Of a stretch of 64,000 nucleotides of DNA, positions 54,701-64,000 are shown in pieces. Source of the stretch: an uncultured Bacteroidia bacterium (GTDB taxonomy: Bacteria; Bacteroidota; Bacteroidia; Bacteroidales; CAJPTX01); assembly GCA_963543925.1 (NCBI GenBank), contig CAUUCP010000001.1, forward strand, positions 73,296 to 137,295, in the 5' to 3' direction. Numbering within the stretch: position 1 is the stretch's first letter; each line of letters opens with the position of its first letter. The notes beneath the pieces were generated by a model. The model was not told where the DNA came from. It ran no database searches and saw only the letters and a program-made list of their open reading frames with translations. The position numbers were made by a program, and so were the translations under genes.

Positions 54701-55867
54701 CTAATAAGCTTCTTGTTCTTCCTGTCCTTCCTGCGTATCAAACTCAGCGCTATCCATCTTCTTCTTATCCATTGCACGCCAAGCATACCAGATATAAGCA
54801 AGAACCAAAGGGATAAGCAAAGACACCACACTCATCGCCCCCAAAGTAAATGGACTCGAAGAGCTATTGTAAATCGTGAGCGAACTCTGAAGATCTGCCA
54901 CAGAGGGGTAAAAGCTCGTATTGTTATATCCTACAGAAAGTAAAAGCGCAAGAACTGTCAATACTGTACCTATACCCGAAAACCAAATCCCCCTACGGGT
55001 ACGATGCAACAAGGTTGCTCCTAACCCGAATAGGACGGACAGCACCCCGAGGAGGAAAATGACAAGCAAGAGCGGCATCTCTAGGAAATTCCTGAGATAC
55101 TTATACGGTGCCAGATAAACCTGCGCAGGAGTCGTTGCATGATCCACTGCAAATCCTTGGCTTAAGAAGATAGAAATGACAAAGGATAGGAAAAAGACCA
55201 AGAAGGGAATCGTATTGTAGAGCAAGTGTCTGTGTGCACGCTTCTGAATTGTTTCGTCGTTTATAAGGTTTATAAAATAAAGCAAGCCCAATAAACGAGC
55301 AAGGAAACAAACAGCAAGTCCCAACATCACATTCCGAGCATCAAGCACGGCTTCCAAACCATGCCATGGATTATTCCAATAGGAAATAATCGGCTGATTG
55401 AGATTGGTCAACGCATTCAAATTGGCTGTGAAATCAGAACCTGTGAAGAACGTTGCCACAGCTGTGCCCAATAGGAATGTGCCCAAAAGCCCATTAAAAA
55501 AAAGGAAAAACTCAAACGTACGTCTCCCAAGTACATTCCGCGGCTTTGTACGAAACTCATAGGCTACGGCTTGTAAGACAAAAAGAAGCAAGATTGCAAT
55601 CCAAACCCAATAGGCTCCGCCAAAACTCGTCGAATAAAACAATGGAAAAGATGCAAAAAAAGCTCCTCCAAAGGTTACTAACGTAGTGAAGGTAAACTCC
55701 CATTTACGCCCCATAGCATTGACCAACAGCAAACGCTCTCGCTCGTTCTTGGCTATCGTAAAAAGGAAAGTCTGACCACCCTGTACAAAAAGAAGGAACA
55801 CTAACAACGCCCCAAGGAGAGAGACCAGAAACCACCAGTATTGTTGTAGAAATTCGTATGACATCAC
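54701..55867 (-). CDS. cydB: cytochrome bd ubiquinol oxidase subunit II
   Basis: 388 aa, polytopic, directly downstream of cydA. Confidence 0.85.
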   Translation of the reverse strand: MMSYEFLQQYWWFLVSLLGALLVFLLFVQGGQTFLFTIAKNERERLLLVNAMGRKWEFTFTTLVTFGGAFFASFPLFYSTSFGGAYWVWIAILLLFVLQAVAYEFRTKPRNVLGRRTFEFFLFFNGLLGTFLLGTAVATFFTGSDFTANLNALTNLNQPIISYWNNPWHGLEAVLDARNVMLGLAVCFLARLLGLLYFINLINDETIQKRAHRHLLYNTIPFLVFFLSFVISIFLSQGFAVDHATTPAQVYLAPYKYLRNFLEMPLLLVIFLLGVLSVLFGLGATLLHRTRRGIWFSGIGTVLTVLALLLSVGYNNTSFYPSVADLQSSLTIYNSSSSPFTLGAMSVVSLLIPLVLAYIWYAWRAMDKKKMDSAEFDTQEGQEEQEAY

Positions 55868-55885
55868 TGTATCTCCTTTGTCGGG

Positions 55886-57442
55886 TTAGTTTTCTTTCGG
55901 ACCAAGCTTGATTTGTTTGAACATTATGCTCACCTCTGCACTCAAGAGGATGGTAAAGAGAATCGCAAAGATCGTAAACGTCACCTGCACTGCACTAGCA
56001 TCTATGCGAGAAACAGCCGAAACCGTTGGCATTATATCTTGGATTACCCACGGTTGACGACCCACCTCCGCCACTATCCATCCTGCTTGACTACAAATAT
56101 AGACCAGAGGGATCATAATGATCGACGTGATAAGTAACCAACGACTCTTGAATTTCTGCTTCCAACTAAAATAAAGCACTACGATAAAGAAGACCATAAA
56201 TAACCCTCCGAGCAGCACCATAATGTGAAAAGAGTAGAACGTCAGCGGCACATTCGGGATTAAGCTCTGAGTATCATTGAGGTAACCATAACCGAAATAC
56301 TTGAAGTTCTTTTCTAATTCTGTTCTGGCGAGAGTCATCTCCTCGTTATTACCCGCTTCTCTCGCCTCGGTATAGCGACGCAACGCATTGATCGCCATGC
56401 GCCCCCTCTCTATCTTTTCCTGTGCAGAAGGTTCGCAAATTACCTCTCCCTTGAGATCCATATAGGAGTAACCACCATCTATTAAATCCTTTACGCCTGG
56501 AACAAAAGCATTCACATCATGATACCCTAACCAAGAAAGCACATGAGGGATCTCTACCTTGAAAAGAAAGTCGTCCTTATTATCCATTGGCTCTTTCGCT
56601 GGATTGAGTACTCCAAACGCCACCAACCCTGCACCACTCTTTCCCTGATACAGCCCTTCCATAGCAGCGAGTTTCATCGGTTGCTTCTGCGCTACTTGGT
56701 ATGCTGACCCGTCACCCGTCACTATCACGACAATCAATGATATGAAACCAAAAATGCTAGAGACCAATATACTGCGCCGCGCCATGAGCTCGTGACGTTT
56801 CTTCAGCAAAAACCACGCACTCACTCCTATCACAAAAATAGAGGCCAATACATAGCCAGACGTGATGGTATGTAAGAATTTATTGATAGCAACGGGAGAA
56901 AAAAGCACATCAAGAAAGCTTACCATCTCGTTACGAGCCGTATCGGGGTTAAATTGCATCCCAGCTGGGAATTGCATCCAACCATTAGCTACTAAAATCC
57001 AGAGTGCCGACAGGTTAGAGCCAATTGCTGTCAACCAAGTGGCCGTTAAATGGAATCGCTTACTCACCTTTTTCCATCCAAAGAACATGATGGCGATAAA
57101 GGTTGACTCCATAAAGAAGGCCATAATCCCCTCAATGGCAAGGGGAGCTCCGAAAATATCTCCGACAAACCAGGAATAGTTACTCCAGTTTGTCCCGAAC
57201 TCAAATTCAAGAATCAATCCCGTAGCGACCCCAATAGCAAAGTTGACTCCAAAGAGACGCATCCAGAACTTCGTAGCCTGTTTCCAATGCTCATCTCCTG
57301 TTCGCACATAAAGCGTTTCCATGAATGCGATGAGGAACGTAAGTCCCAACGTGAGCGGGACGAACATCCAGTGATACATGGCCGTTAGGGCAAACTGTGC
57401 CCGTGACCAATCCACTAAAGCAATATCGACTCCTTCTAACAT
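55886..57442 (-). CDS. cydA: cytochrome bd ubiquinol oxidase subunit I
   Basis: 518 aa with N-terminus ALTAMYHWMFVPLTLG and the GRQPW motif. Confidence 0.9.
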   Translation of the reverse strand: MLEGVDIALVDWSRAQFALTAMYHWMFVPLTLGLTFLIAFMETLYVRTGDEHWKQATKFWMRLFGVNFAIGVATGLILEFEFGTNWSNYSWFVGDIFGAPLAIEGIMAFFMESTFIAIMFFGWKKVSKRFHLTATWLTAIGSNLSALWILVANGWMQFPAGMQFNPDTARNEMVSFLDVLFSPVAINKFLHTITSGYVLASIFVIGVSAWFLLKKRHELMARRSILVSSIFGFISLIVVIVTGDGSAYQVAQKQPMKLAAMEGLYQGKSGAGLVAFGVLNPAKEPMDNKDDFLFKVEIPHVLSWLGYHDVNAFVPGVKDLIDGGYSYMDLKGEVICEPSAQEKIERGRMAINALRRYTEAREAGNNEEMTLARTELEKNFKYFGYGYLNDTQSLIPNVPLTFYSFHIMVLLGGLFMVFFIVVLYFSWKQKFKSRWLLITSIIMIPLVYICSQAGWIVAEVGRQPWVIQDIMPTVSAVSRIDASAVQVTFTIFAILFTILLSAEVSIMFKQIKLGPKEN

Positions 57443-57443
57443 G

Positions 57444-57695
57444 TTACTTGTTTTGACGAGTTAGCTGCTGCAAAACATAGTCGCTTCGTTCTGTATTCGA
57501 AGCGAAATTTGAGTTGAGAAAGTTCGGAAAAAAGAAAACCCTTAAGATAAGGAACATAATAAACAACTTCAGAAAAATCAGAAGCCACAAAGTGCGACCA
57601 AGCGTCATACCCCGAAAACCATCATAATAGAAGCGGAAGACCTGTAAGAAAAGGACTTGTAGACGCTTCGCAACACTACATGTTTTACTTTCCAT
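57444..57695 (-). CDS. small membrane protein encoded upstream of cydA (DUF4492-like)
   Basis: 83 aa. RFYYDGFRGMTLGRTLWLLIFLKLFIMFLILRVFFFPNFL resembles the small protein that precedes cydA in Bacteroidota. Confidence 0.55.
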   Translation of the reverse strand: MESKTCSVAKRLQVLFLQVFRFYYDGFRGMTLGRTLWLLIFLKLFIMFLILRVFFFPNFLNSNFASNTERSDYVLQQLTRQNK

Positions 57696-57787
57696 TTACA
57701 AAGTTATAAGGTTTTCGTAAACAACAAACAAATGCACGCAAAGAAATTATGTAACCGACTTTTTAGGGAAGAAAGAAAACCGTTTCT

Positions 57788-60058
57788 TTAACGTATAACA
57801 ACAAACTTACCTGCATAACTCCCCGTTACAAGCGGATCAGAAATCAGAACAAAATAGACACCACTCGCCACGGGATTTCCCGCTCCATTGCAAAGATCCC
57901 ATGTGGCACGTCCTCCATTGCTTTGAAGCTCGCAAACAAGCTCTCCTCCACTGTCTAAAATCTTGAGATAACTATCTTTGACTAGTCCGTCAATCGTAAG
58001 AACCCCCAAAAAGTCAGGACGAACAGGGTTAGGATAAATCGTTACGCTAGAATAATCGCGCTCCGAACGCTTGGCATCAGTGAGTAAAGAAACCACACCA
58101 GCACTTGTGGCGATATAGAGCTTCCCCTGTCGTGGTTCGTAACCCAAGGCGGTAAATTTGTTGGAGGGAAGCGCAGAATTTCCTTCGGTATATTCCTCAA
58201 GTAAAAGCTTTTGGCTCGGCGATACTAACATCAATCCACGATTGGGACGACTCACCCAGAGTCGATCCCCAGAGTCATTAAGAAGATAATCTATCGCTAT
58301 ACCCTCAAAGAGTACCGCATCTCCCTTTTTTGGGGTATGAATATAAACACCGCCCAAGGAAATGAGTTCATCCTTGAGGAGTTGCATCGGATTTCGTGCA
58401 TATACGAGTCCATTATTAGTACCCAAGAGTACATCAGCATTACTATTGATATCCATCGCCAGCGTCACCACACCGTGGAACTGTTGTTCCCCCTGCAGGA
58501 ATTGGGAATGAAATCCTTGCTTTCCTGCACTTCTAAAAAGAAGTTCTGGGTCTATGGCAGAAACCTCAGTAAAAGCAGTTGAACCTAAAAAGAGGAATTT
58601 CCGCGGCATCCACCGTAAAAAGACCTCGTAAGTACTATAATCCTTGGGTAATTTGGCTATCTGCCACTCCTTATTAGGCAATAAACGACAAAGGGTATTT
58701 TTACATACTACATATAGCGTCCCATCTGGCGCAACCTCTAACGTGTTGATATAGGGCATATTCCCAACTTGCGAAGGAAGCGGACTATTGAGCGGGGTGT
58801 AGTGTTCCTTGAGCTCCGTGCGTTCAAAAATAAAAAGCCCCGCCGAGGTAGTACCTATCGCATAACGCCCAATGGCCGAATCAAGTAAAACAAGACTAGT
58901 AATGGCCGTCTTTTCATTGAGATAAATATTCTCCCCTTGCCCCTCTGCCGAACGAAAAAAAAGAAAAGGTGCCCCCAATGCCAGAGTCTTATCTGTTGCA
59001 AGGTCATTATTCGTCAGTACAACCTCTTCCTCTGAAAGCGCAAGGAGCTTACCACAGGAGATAAAGGCTGGACTCACAGGGGACAACATCTCCTCCTCTC
59101 CGCTACTAGAAATACACAACAACCCCCGGTGTGCTGTGGCGAGATAAGTTGCCCCACTAGGGGTTGTATATCCCCCTACCACCCTATACTGCTGGGAGGG
59201 GGATATGCCTTGGTCGGAAAAAAGTATCTTCTCCTGACCTGAAAAGGATATACAGCACACCTGACCTACCTCAGGTACAAAGACCCCCTCTGCGGTTGCC
59301 CATACCCTACCCCGCAATGCATACGGACGTTGTACCAGAGTGCGCCAATTCCCTGCATCGTAAATCAAAAGCTCATACCCAACGGAAAGGAGACGAACTG
59401 CTATCAACTGATTGGAAAAATAAACAAGAGAATGTATAGCACCATGTAGTGCGCCCACGCGTTCCACTCTTTTAGACGCGAGAAGGTCTTGGCTTTGGTA
59501 AACCCCATCTGTGGTTGCAAAATACAAACCGTCTGGCGTACGAAGACCTCCTGTCAAGGTTAATGCATTCGCGCGATTTTCACTCCAGAGTGGATAGCTC
59601 TCATGAAGTTTCTGATTCTGAAATATATAAACGTTATCAGAACTTATGCCGACAACCGTCGTTGCATCCATTGGTAAAAAATCTATCAACGGAGAGCGCT
59701 CCCCACGCTTCACCAGCTCCTCCAAGTCTATAATTGTAGTACGTTGTTCTTGGGGAGAAAAATAATCCACGCGCCCAGAGAGATAACTCACCCAAAGAGA
59801 GCCATCGTCTAAAAGACGCGCTTCTCTGATATCTGCACTAGAGAGCTGCCGCAGCTTGGAATAACGTGTACGTTCCCCCGTTTCGATGTTATAACGAAGC
59901 AAGGTACTCCTACCGATTGCCAGACACTCCTTTCCATTCGTGGAGAAACCACTCAGTGCGTAATAGGATAGCAAATCGCCCCACACTCCCGTTTGTGCGA
60001 AGAGGATGGGGCGAGATAACGCAAGACAAAAAAGAAGAAGGACGATTCTTAGACGCAT
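57788..60058 (-). CDS. double beta-propeller (two-component-regulator-propeller-like) protein with a T9SS type-A C-terminal domain, PorZ-like
   Basis: Signal peptide, about 670 aa of propeller-like repeats, and the CTD VTIYPNPVRPDF...GVYFVLI...GKFVVIR. Size and architecture resemble PorZ. Confidence 0.5.
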   Translation of the reverse strand: MRLRIVLLLFCLALSRPILFAQTGVWGDLLSYYALSGFSTNGKECLAIGRSTLLRYNIETGERTRYSKLRQLSSADIREARLLDDGSLWVSYLSGRVDYFSPQEQRTTIIDLEELVKRGERSPLIDFLPMDATTVVGISSDNVYIFQNQKLHESYPLWSENRANALTLTGGLRTPDGLYFATTDGVYQSQDLLASKRVERVGALHGAIHSLVYFSNQLIAVRLLSVGYELLIYDAGNWRTLVQRPYALRGRVWATAEGVFVPEVGQVCCISFSGQEKILFSDQGISPSQQYRVVGGYTTPSGATYLATAHRGLLCISSSGEEEMLSPVSPAFISCGKLLALSEEEVVLTNNDLATDKTLALGAPFLFFRSAEGQGENIYLNEKTAITSLVLLDSAIGRYAIGTTSAGLFIFERTELKEHYTPLNSPLPSQVGNMPYINTLEVAPDGTLYVVCKNTLCRLLPNKEWQIAKLPKDYSTYEVFLRWMPRKFLFLGSTAFTEVSAIDPELLFRSAGKQGFHSQFLQGEQQFHGVVTLAMDINSNADVLLGTNNGLVYARNPMQLLKDELISLGGVYIHTPKKGDAVLFEGIAIDYLLNDSGDRLWVSRPNRGLMLVSPSQKLLLEEYTEGNSALPSNKFTALGYEPRQGKLYIATSAGVVSLLTDAKRSERDYSSVTIYPNPVRPDFLGVLTIDGLVKDSYLKILDSGGELVCELQSNGGRATWDLCNGAGNPVASGVYFVLISDPLVTGSYAGKFVVIR

Positions 60059-60633
60059 TCGTTTTCTTTTAAGTAGGCGACCATGGCGGCGATGGCTCGT
60101 GCCCGATGGCTCATCTCATTTTTTTTCGCAAGAGACATCTCTGCAAACGAGAGCTGCTCACCCTTGGGACGAAATATCGGGTCATACCCAAAGCCCTCAA
60201 CCCCATGACGCTCCGTGAGGATCTCACCGTCCACTCTCCCCTCAAACTGATGCACGTTACCATCAAGGATCAGGGAGACCACTGTCCGAAAACAAGCCCT
60301 CCGATCACGAACCCCCTCCATTGCACTTAGGAGCTTATTTACATTGTCGTCAAAAGTACAATGTGCGCCTGCATAGCGCGCAGAATAAACCCCAGGAGCA
60401 CCACCCAGAGCCGCCACCTCAAGCCCAGAATCGTCAGAAAAAACAGGACGGTGTAGCGCTGCATAAATCACCTGTGCTTTCTGCGCAGAGTTCCCCTCAA
60501 TCGTGTCATGCTCCTCTGGGATATCACCTTTCCACCCAAACTCGGACGGAGAAGCTATGCGATACTGCACAGGAAGCAACGAAGCAACCTCCTGCACTTT
60601 ATGAGCATTTTGCGTTGCAAAAACCAAGAGCAT
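60049..60633 (-). CDS. rdgB: non-canonical purine NTP pyrophosphatase (RdgB/HAM1)
   Basis: LVFATQNAHKVQE, FSDDSGLEV and GFGYDPIF. Confidence 0.85.
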   Translation of the reverse strand: MLLVFATQNAHKVQEVASLLPVQYRIASPSEFGWKGDIPEEHDTIEGNSAQKAQVIYAALHRPVFSDDSGLEVAALGGAPGVYSARYAGAHCTFDDNVNKLLSAMEGVRDRRACFRTVVSLILDGNVHQFEGRVDGEILTERHGVEGFGYDPIFRPKGEQLSFAEMSLAKKNEMSHRARAIAAMVAYLKENECV

Positions 60634-60644
60634 TTCTGTACCAA

Positions 60645-62369
60645 TTACCCAGCAATAGAATCCAATATCGCTTCTATGCGCATACTAAGCTCTTGCTCTA
60701 TCTTCGCATCAAAACGTGGCGCACGCATCATGATATAGTACTTAATCTTAGGTTCCGTGCCCGAAGGACGTACCAAAAGACGAGAGCCACCCTCCGTCTC
60801 AAACTCCAGCACATCCGCGTGGAGGGAAGGCTTGCTCTCCTCTACACCAGTCTGTGGATTGTAAGTCCGACCTTCCAAATAATCAGTAACGCGTACTACC
60901 TTCTCTTCCCCTAATTGTAAAGGTGGTGTGGCACGCAAACGCCCCATACGTTCGACAATCTCTTGTTGTCCCTCCTCTCCCTTCCGTACCAAGGAACGTT
61001 GTGCATGTTTCCAATAACCGTATTTCGCGTAAAGACGTTGTAACTCTTCACAAAGGTTTGTACCACGCGCCAGCGCCCATGCTGCAAACTCTGATAGAAG
61101 CAGAGAACTCTGCACGGCATCTTTGTCGCGAACCTTGTCGCCCACTAAATAGCCATGACTCTCCTCTGCCCCCATAACGAAACGGAACTTGCCTTCACGC
61201 CCAGCAATCTCCTCTGCGATGTACTTAAATCCTGTGAGGACATGCCGCATCTCCACCTTATATGCCGCTGCAAGATCGTCGAGTAACGGGGTCGTCACTA
61301 TCGTTCTGACCATAAAACGCTTCGTGCGCGACAGCTTTAGCTCTTGCTCTCGTTCTAGTACAAAGTAGGCTAGGAGAATCGCTATCTGATTTCCATCAAA
61401 TCTTACGAGCTCTCCCTTGGCATCACGTGCATACATCCCAACACGATCCGCATCCGGGTCTGTACCCAAGACCAATGCCGCCTGAGTCTCTTCTGCCAAG
61501 GATACTGCCAGACTCATCGCAGAGGGTTCTTCGGGATTAGGAGAGGCTACGGTCGAAAAATTCCCATCAGGATCTCGTTGCTTGGTCACGATATGTACAT
61601 TTTTAAACCCTCTTCGCCGCAAAGCTTGTGGAACAAGAGTCCCCCCCGTACCATGAATCGGAGTATAGACAATCCCCATTTCTGCAGACGACTCTGAAAG
61701 TTTTTCGCTACACAACGGAGAGGAAAGAAGCATACTCAAATACACCTCATCCATCTCTTGACCCACTCGGACAATTAGCGAGGAATCCCCCTTATGTTTC
61801 ACCTCTTCGACATTCCCCAAAGCGAGAACCTCAGTGATTATCCCCTTGTCATGCGGAGGCACCACCTGCGCACCATCACCCCAGTAAACTTTATATCCAT
61901 TGTACTCCTTCGGATTATGAGAAGCCGTAATCACAATCCCTGCATGACAAGAAAGGGAACGAACCGTAAAACTCAACTGTGGCGTAGGACGAAGTGAGTC
62001 GTAAAGAAAAACCCGAATCCCATTGGCGGCAAGGGTGTCTGCTGCCACCTCTGCAAAACGTGCACTATTGTTTCGACAATCATAGGCAATAGCCACGCGC
62101 AGCTCTGCTACCCTGGGATAGTTCTTGCGAAGGTAGTTTGCCAAACCCTGTGTGGCACGACCTACGGTGTAGATATTGAGGCGATTAGGACCCACACCCA
62201 TAATACCCCGCATACCTCCCGTACCGAACTCGAGATCGCGCGAAAAGGACTCGCGAAGTGTTACAGGATCGTTCTCCAAGAGCCACTGTACACGCTCTCG
62301 CGTATCCTTGTCATACTCGTAGGAAAGCCAAGCGCGTACACGCGCCATAATGTCTTCGGATATATCCAT
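60645..62369 (-). CDS. pgm: phosphoglucomutase/phosphomannomutase-family phospho-sugar mutase
   Basis: Active-site TASHNPKEYNGYK, metal loop GTDPDADR and EESHG. Confidence 0.85.
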   Translation of the reverse strand: MDISEDIMARVRAWLSYEYDKDTRERVQWLLENDPVTLRESFSRDLEFGTGGMRGIMGVGPNRLNIYTVGRATQGLANYLRKNYPRVAELRVAIAYDCRNNSARFAEVAADTLAANGIRVFLYDSLRPTPQLSFTVRSLSCHAGIVITASHNPKEYNGYKVYWGDGAQVVPPHDKGIITEVLALGNVEEVKHKGDSSLIVRVGQEMDEVYLSMLLSSPLCSEKLSESSAEMGIVYTPIHGTGGTLVPQALRRRGFKNVHIVTKQRDPDGNFSTVASPNPEEPSAMSLAVSLAEETQAALVLGTDPDADRVGMYARDAKGELVRFDGNQIAILLAYFVLEREQELKLSRTKRFMVRTIVTTPLLDDLAAAYKVEMRHVLTGFKYIAEEIAGREGKFRFVMGAEESHGYLVGDKVRDKDAVQSSLLLSEFAAWALARGTNLCEELQRLYAKYGYWKHAQRSLVRKGEEGQQEIVERMGRLRATPPLQLGEEKVVRVTDYLEGRTYNPQTGVEESKPSLHADVLEFETEGGSRLLVRPSGTEPKIKYYIMMRAPRFDAKIEQELSMRIEAILDSIAG

Positions 62370-63260
62370 TTAACGTTTCTCTAAATATTCCTTACGAAAG
62401 AAATCTCCATTATCTCGTTGCCTCAACTCTTCAAAGCACTCACGAACCCCATCTAGCCAACTCACTGCGAATAACCCCAAAGAGGCGCGAGTCGCTTGTG
62501 AATCTAAAACACTACATGCCGGACGAGGCGCTGCAGACTTCCATTCCTCAGAACGGATCGGAAGAATGGTATTTGTTGTACCTAACAACATGCGAAGATA
62601 ACACGCAAAATCAAACCAAGAGGCCACCCCGAGATCAGAATAATGATAAATGCCTATCGAACGACGATTTTGAGTGACTAGCGAAACAATCGCTTGCGCC
62701 AAATGGGTCGCCCAAGTAGGGGTACCTACCTGATCATAGATCACGCGCAATGGCGTCCCTTGCAAACACTTTAAGAGGATTGTGTGAAAAAAGTTGCGAT
62801 CGTAATAGGAATACAACCAACTCGTTCGCAGTACAAGAGCATTTCCCGTACTCAGGACTGCTATCTCCCCAGCCCGCTTGCTTTGCGCATAAACCCCTTC
62901 TGGAGCAGGTACATCCTCTTCTCTATGAGGAAGGTTTCCCACTCCACCAAAAACATAATCCGTAGAAATATGTAGTAAATGGGCACCCACCTCTACCGCT
63001 GACTCAGCCAAAAGCCGTGGGCCTAACGCATTGACACGATAAGCAGCCTCGGGGTCTACTTCTGCTCGGTCTACAGCCGTATACGCAGCACAGTTTACTA
63101 CCCAGTCAGGACGATAGCTACGAAAGACCTCTTGCACTGCTGTACGCGACGCAATATCCAGATCGGCGTGCGAGAGAAATACGACTTCCGACCACGGGGC
63201 AATCTCATGCAAGGTACGCCCCAACTGTCCTTGAGCTCCTGTGACAAGTACTTTAGACAC
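62370..63260 (-). CDS. rfbD: dTDP-4-dehydrorhamnose reductase
   Basis: VLVTGAQGQLG Rossmann N-terminus and STDYVF. It is adjacent to rfbC. Confidence 0.85.
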   Translation of the reverse strand: MSKVLVTGAQGQLGRTLHEIAPWSEVVFLSHADLDIASRTAVQEVFRSYRPDWVVNCAAYTAVDRAEVDPEAAYRVNALGPRLLAESAVEVGAHLLHISTDYVFGGVGNLPHREEDVPAPEGVYAQSKRAGEIAVLSTGNALVLRTSWLYSYYDRNFFHTILLKCLQGTPLRVIYDQVGTPTWATHLAQAIVSLVTQNRRSIGIYHYSDLGVASWFDFACYLRMLLGTTNTILPIRSEEWKSAAPRPACSVLDSQATRASLGLFAVSWLDGVRECFEELRQRDNGDFFRKEYLEKR

Positions 63261-63268
63261 GATTCTTC

Positions 63269-63811
63269 CTAATAAATAGCACGTTGTAAGAATGGGTGAT
63301 GTTTATCCTTTTCGGAGACTATCACCTGCTCTTCTGGAATCCCCCATGGAATAGCCAAGGTAGGATCATTGTACGCAATGCCGTGCTCGGTCAATGGATT
63401 CCAAAAATCATCGCACTTATACTGTACGATCGCATGCTCACTATGTACCGCATAGCCATGAGCAAAACCATGAGGGATATAAAGCATCGCATGCTCTTTG
63501 TCATCTAGCCAAACCGAGACAAAACGCCCAAAGGTCATAGAGTGCTTTCGCAAATCTACTGCCACGTCTAGAATACGCCCCTGCAAAACCCCCACCAATT
63601 TCGCTTGAGGAGAAGGTGGGAGCTGATAATGCAAACCACGTATCACGCCATAGCCCGACTCCGCTACATTGTCCTGCACAAAGGTATTACAGAAACCAAG
63701 AGCATCCCAACTTTGTTCGTTAAAGCTCTCATAAAAAAGCCCTCTATGATCATGATAGAGGTGCGGGTGTAGTATCACAACACCGTCAATAGCTGTAGGT
63801 TCTAATTCCAT
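63269..63811 (-). CDS. rfbC: dTDP-4-dehydrorhamnose 3,5-epimerase
   Basis: DHRGLFYESF, RGLHYQ and PHGFAHGY. The ATG at 63811 is preferred over GTG 63838, which lies inside a hairpin. Confidence 0.85.
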   Translation of the reverse strand: MELEPTAIDGVVILHPHLYHDHRGLFYESFNEQSWDALGFCNTFVQDNVAESGYGVIRGLHYQLPPSPQAKLVGVLQGRILDVAVDLRKHSMTFGRFVSVWLDDKEHAMLYIPHGFAHGYAVHSEHAIVQYKCDDFWNPLTEHGIAYNDPTLAIPWGIPEEQVIVSEKDKHHPFLQRAIY

Positions 63812-63837
63812 TCTCTGTTTCGTTTCTTGCTGATTCA

Positions 63838-63874
63838 CTGCTACAGGAGTAGCAGCCCCCTCCTCACGAGGGGG
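63838..63874 (-). terminator. two adjacent hairpins between lptB and rfbC (possible terminator; no clear U tract)
   Basis: ctgcta (63838-63843) pairs with tagcag (63850-63855). ccccctc (63856-63862) pairs with gaggggg (63868-63874). Confidence 0.3.
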
Positions 63875-63949
63875 AAAACGATCGAGGTGAGAGAATGACG
63901 GTTGAGAGCTACGAATGATTCAAGATGTTAAGGGTTTAACTTCAGATTA

Positions 63950-64000
63950 TTAATGTAGTTGGAAATTCTTTCCAAGATAGACTTCGCGCACACGTTCGTT
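63950..64000 (-). CDS. lptB: 3' end of an ABC ATPase, LptB-like (partial, runs off the window)
   Basis: The frame is open to the window edge. The C-terminal peptide NERVREVYLGKNFQLH* resembles the LptB tail (..V..VYLGE.F.L). Confidence 0.5.
   Translation of the reverse strand, partial: NERVREVYLGKNFQLH

Noticed and set aside
57699-57706. TAACTTTG box upstream of the DUF4492-like/cydA operon
   Set aside because: It is an exact TAnnTTTG match, but its G lies only 3 nt from the ATG, so a TSS would fall inside the start codon. The conserved N-terminal part of the small protein argues for that ATG, so this is likely coincidental or a leaderless case I cannot support.

Overview
The window reads as a dense, mostly housekeeping chromosomal segment of a Bacteroidota-type genome. 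Supporting signs are a short 286-aa RpoD without region 1.1, an acpP-fabF-rnc cluster, two T9SS C-terminal sorting domains, and exact TAnnTTTG '-7' boxes upstream of eight operon-leading genes. I call about 58 protein genes. On the + strand: MarR regulator, phoH, purC, dnaN, DnaQ-like exonuclease, two hypotheticals, MATE pump, HtrA, a PDZ ORF, rpoD, acpP-fabF-rnc, a lipoprotein and lpxH. On the - strand: purN, nrdG-nrdD, dapF-parC, a long block from two M16 peptidases through relA, a TPR protein and an OmpA-like protein to a radical-SAM gene, then rluA-panB-bactofilin-OsmC, an MCP, a guaA-to-radical-SAM block, the cytochrome bd operon, and rfbC-rfbD-pgm-rdgB-PorZ-like. I saw no rRNA, tRNA, CRISPR, transposase, integrase, phage or recognisable defence genes, so this is an ordinary core region rather than an island, and I did not find a convincing new multi-gene system. 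The observations most worth a second look are: (1) a ~320-bp non-coding element present twice in inverted orientation 12 kb apart, each copy carrying a strictly phased 11-bp direct-repeat array next to an AT-rich block; (2) a small ORF after htrA that looks like a sigma-70 region-2 fragment fused to a PDZ domain, just upstream of rpoD; (3) a LytM-like/S41-like protease gene whose lipoprotein-type N-terminus is cut off by a +1 frameshift in a T7 tract; (4) an orphan methyl-accepting chemotaxis protein; (5) an unannotated 34-aa CydX-like ORF; (6) a strong hairpin ending exactly at the rnc start codon. All family assignments come from motifs read by eye. No searches or computations were run.
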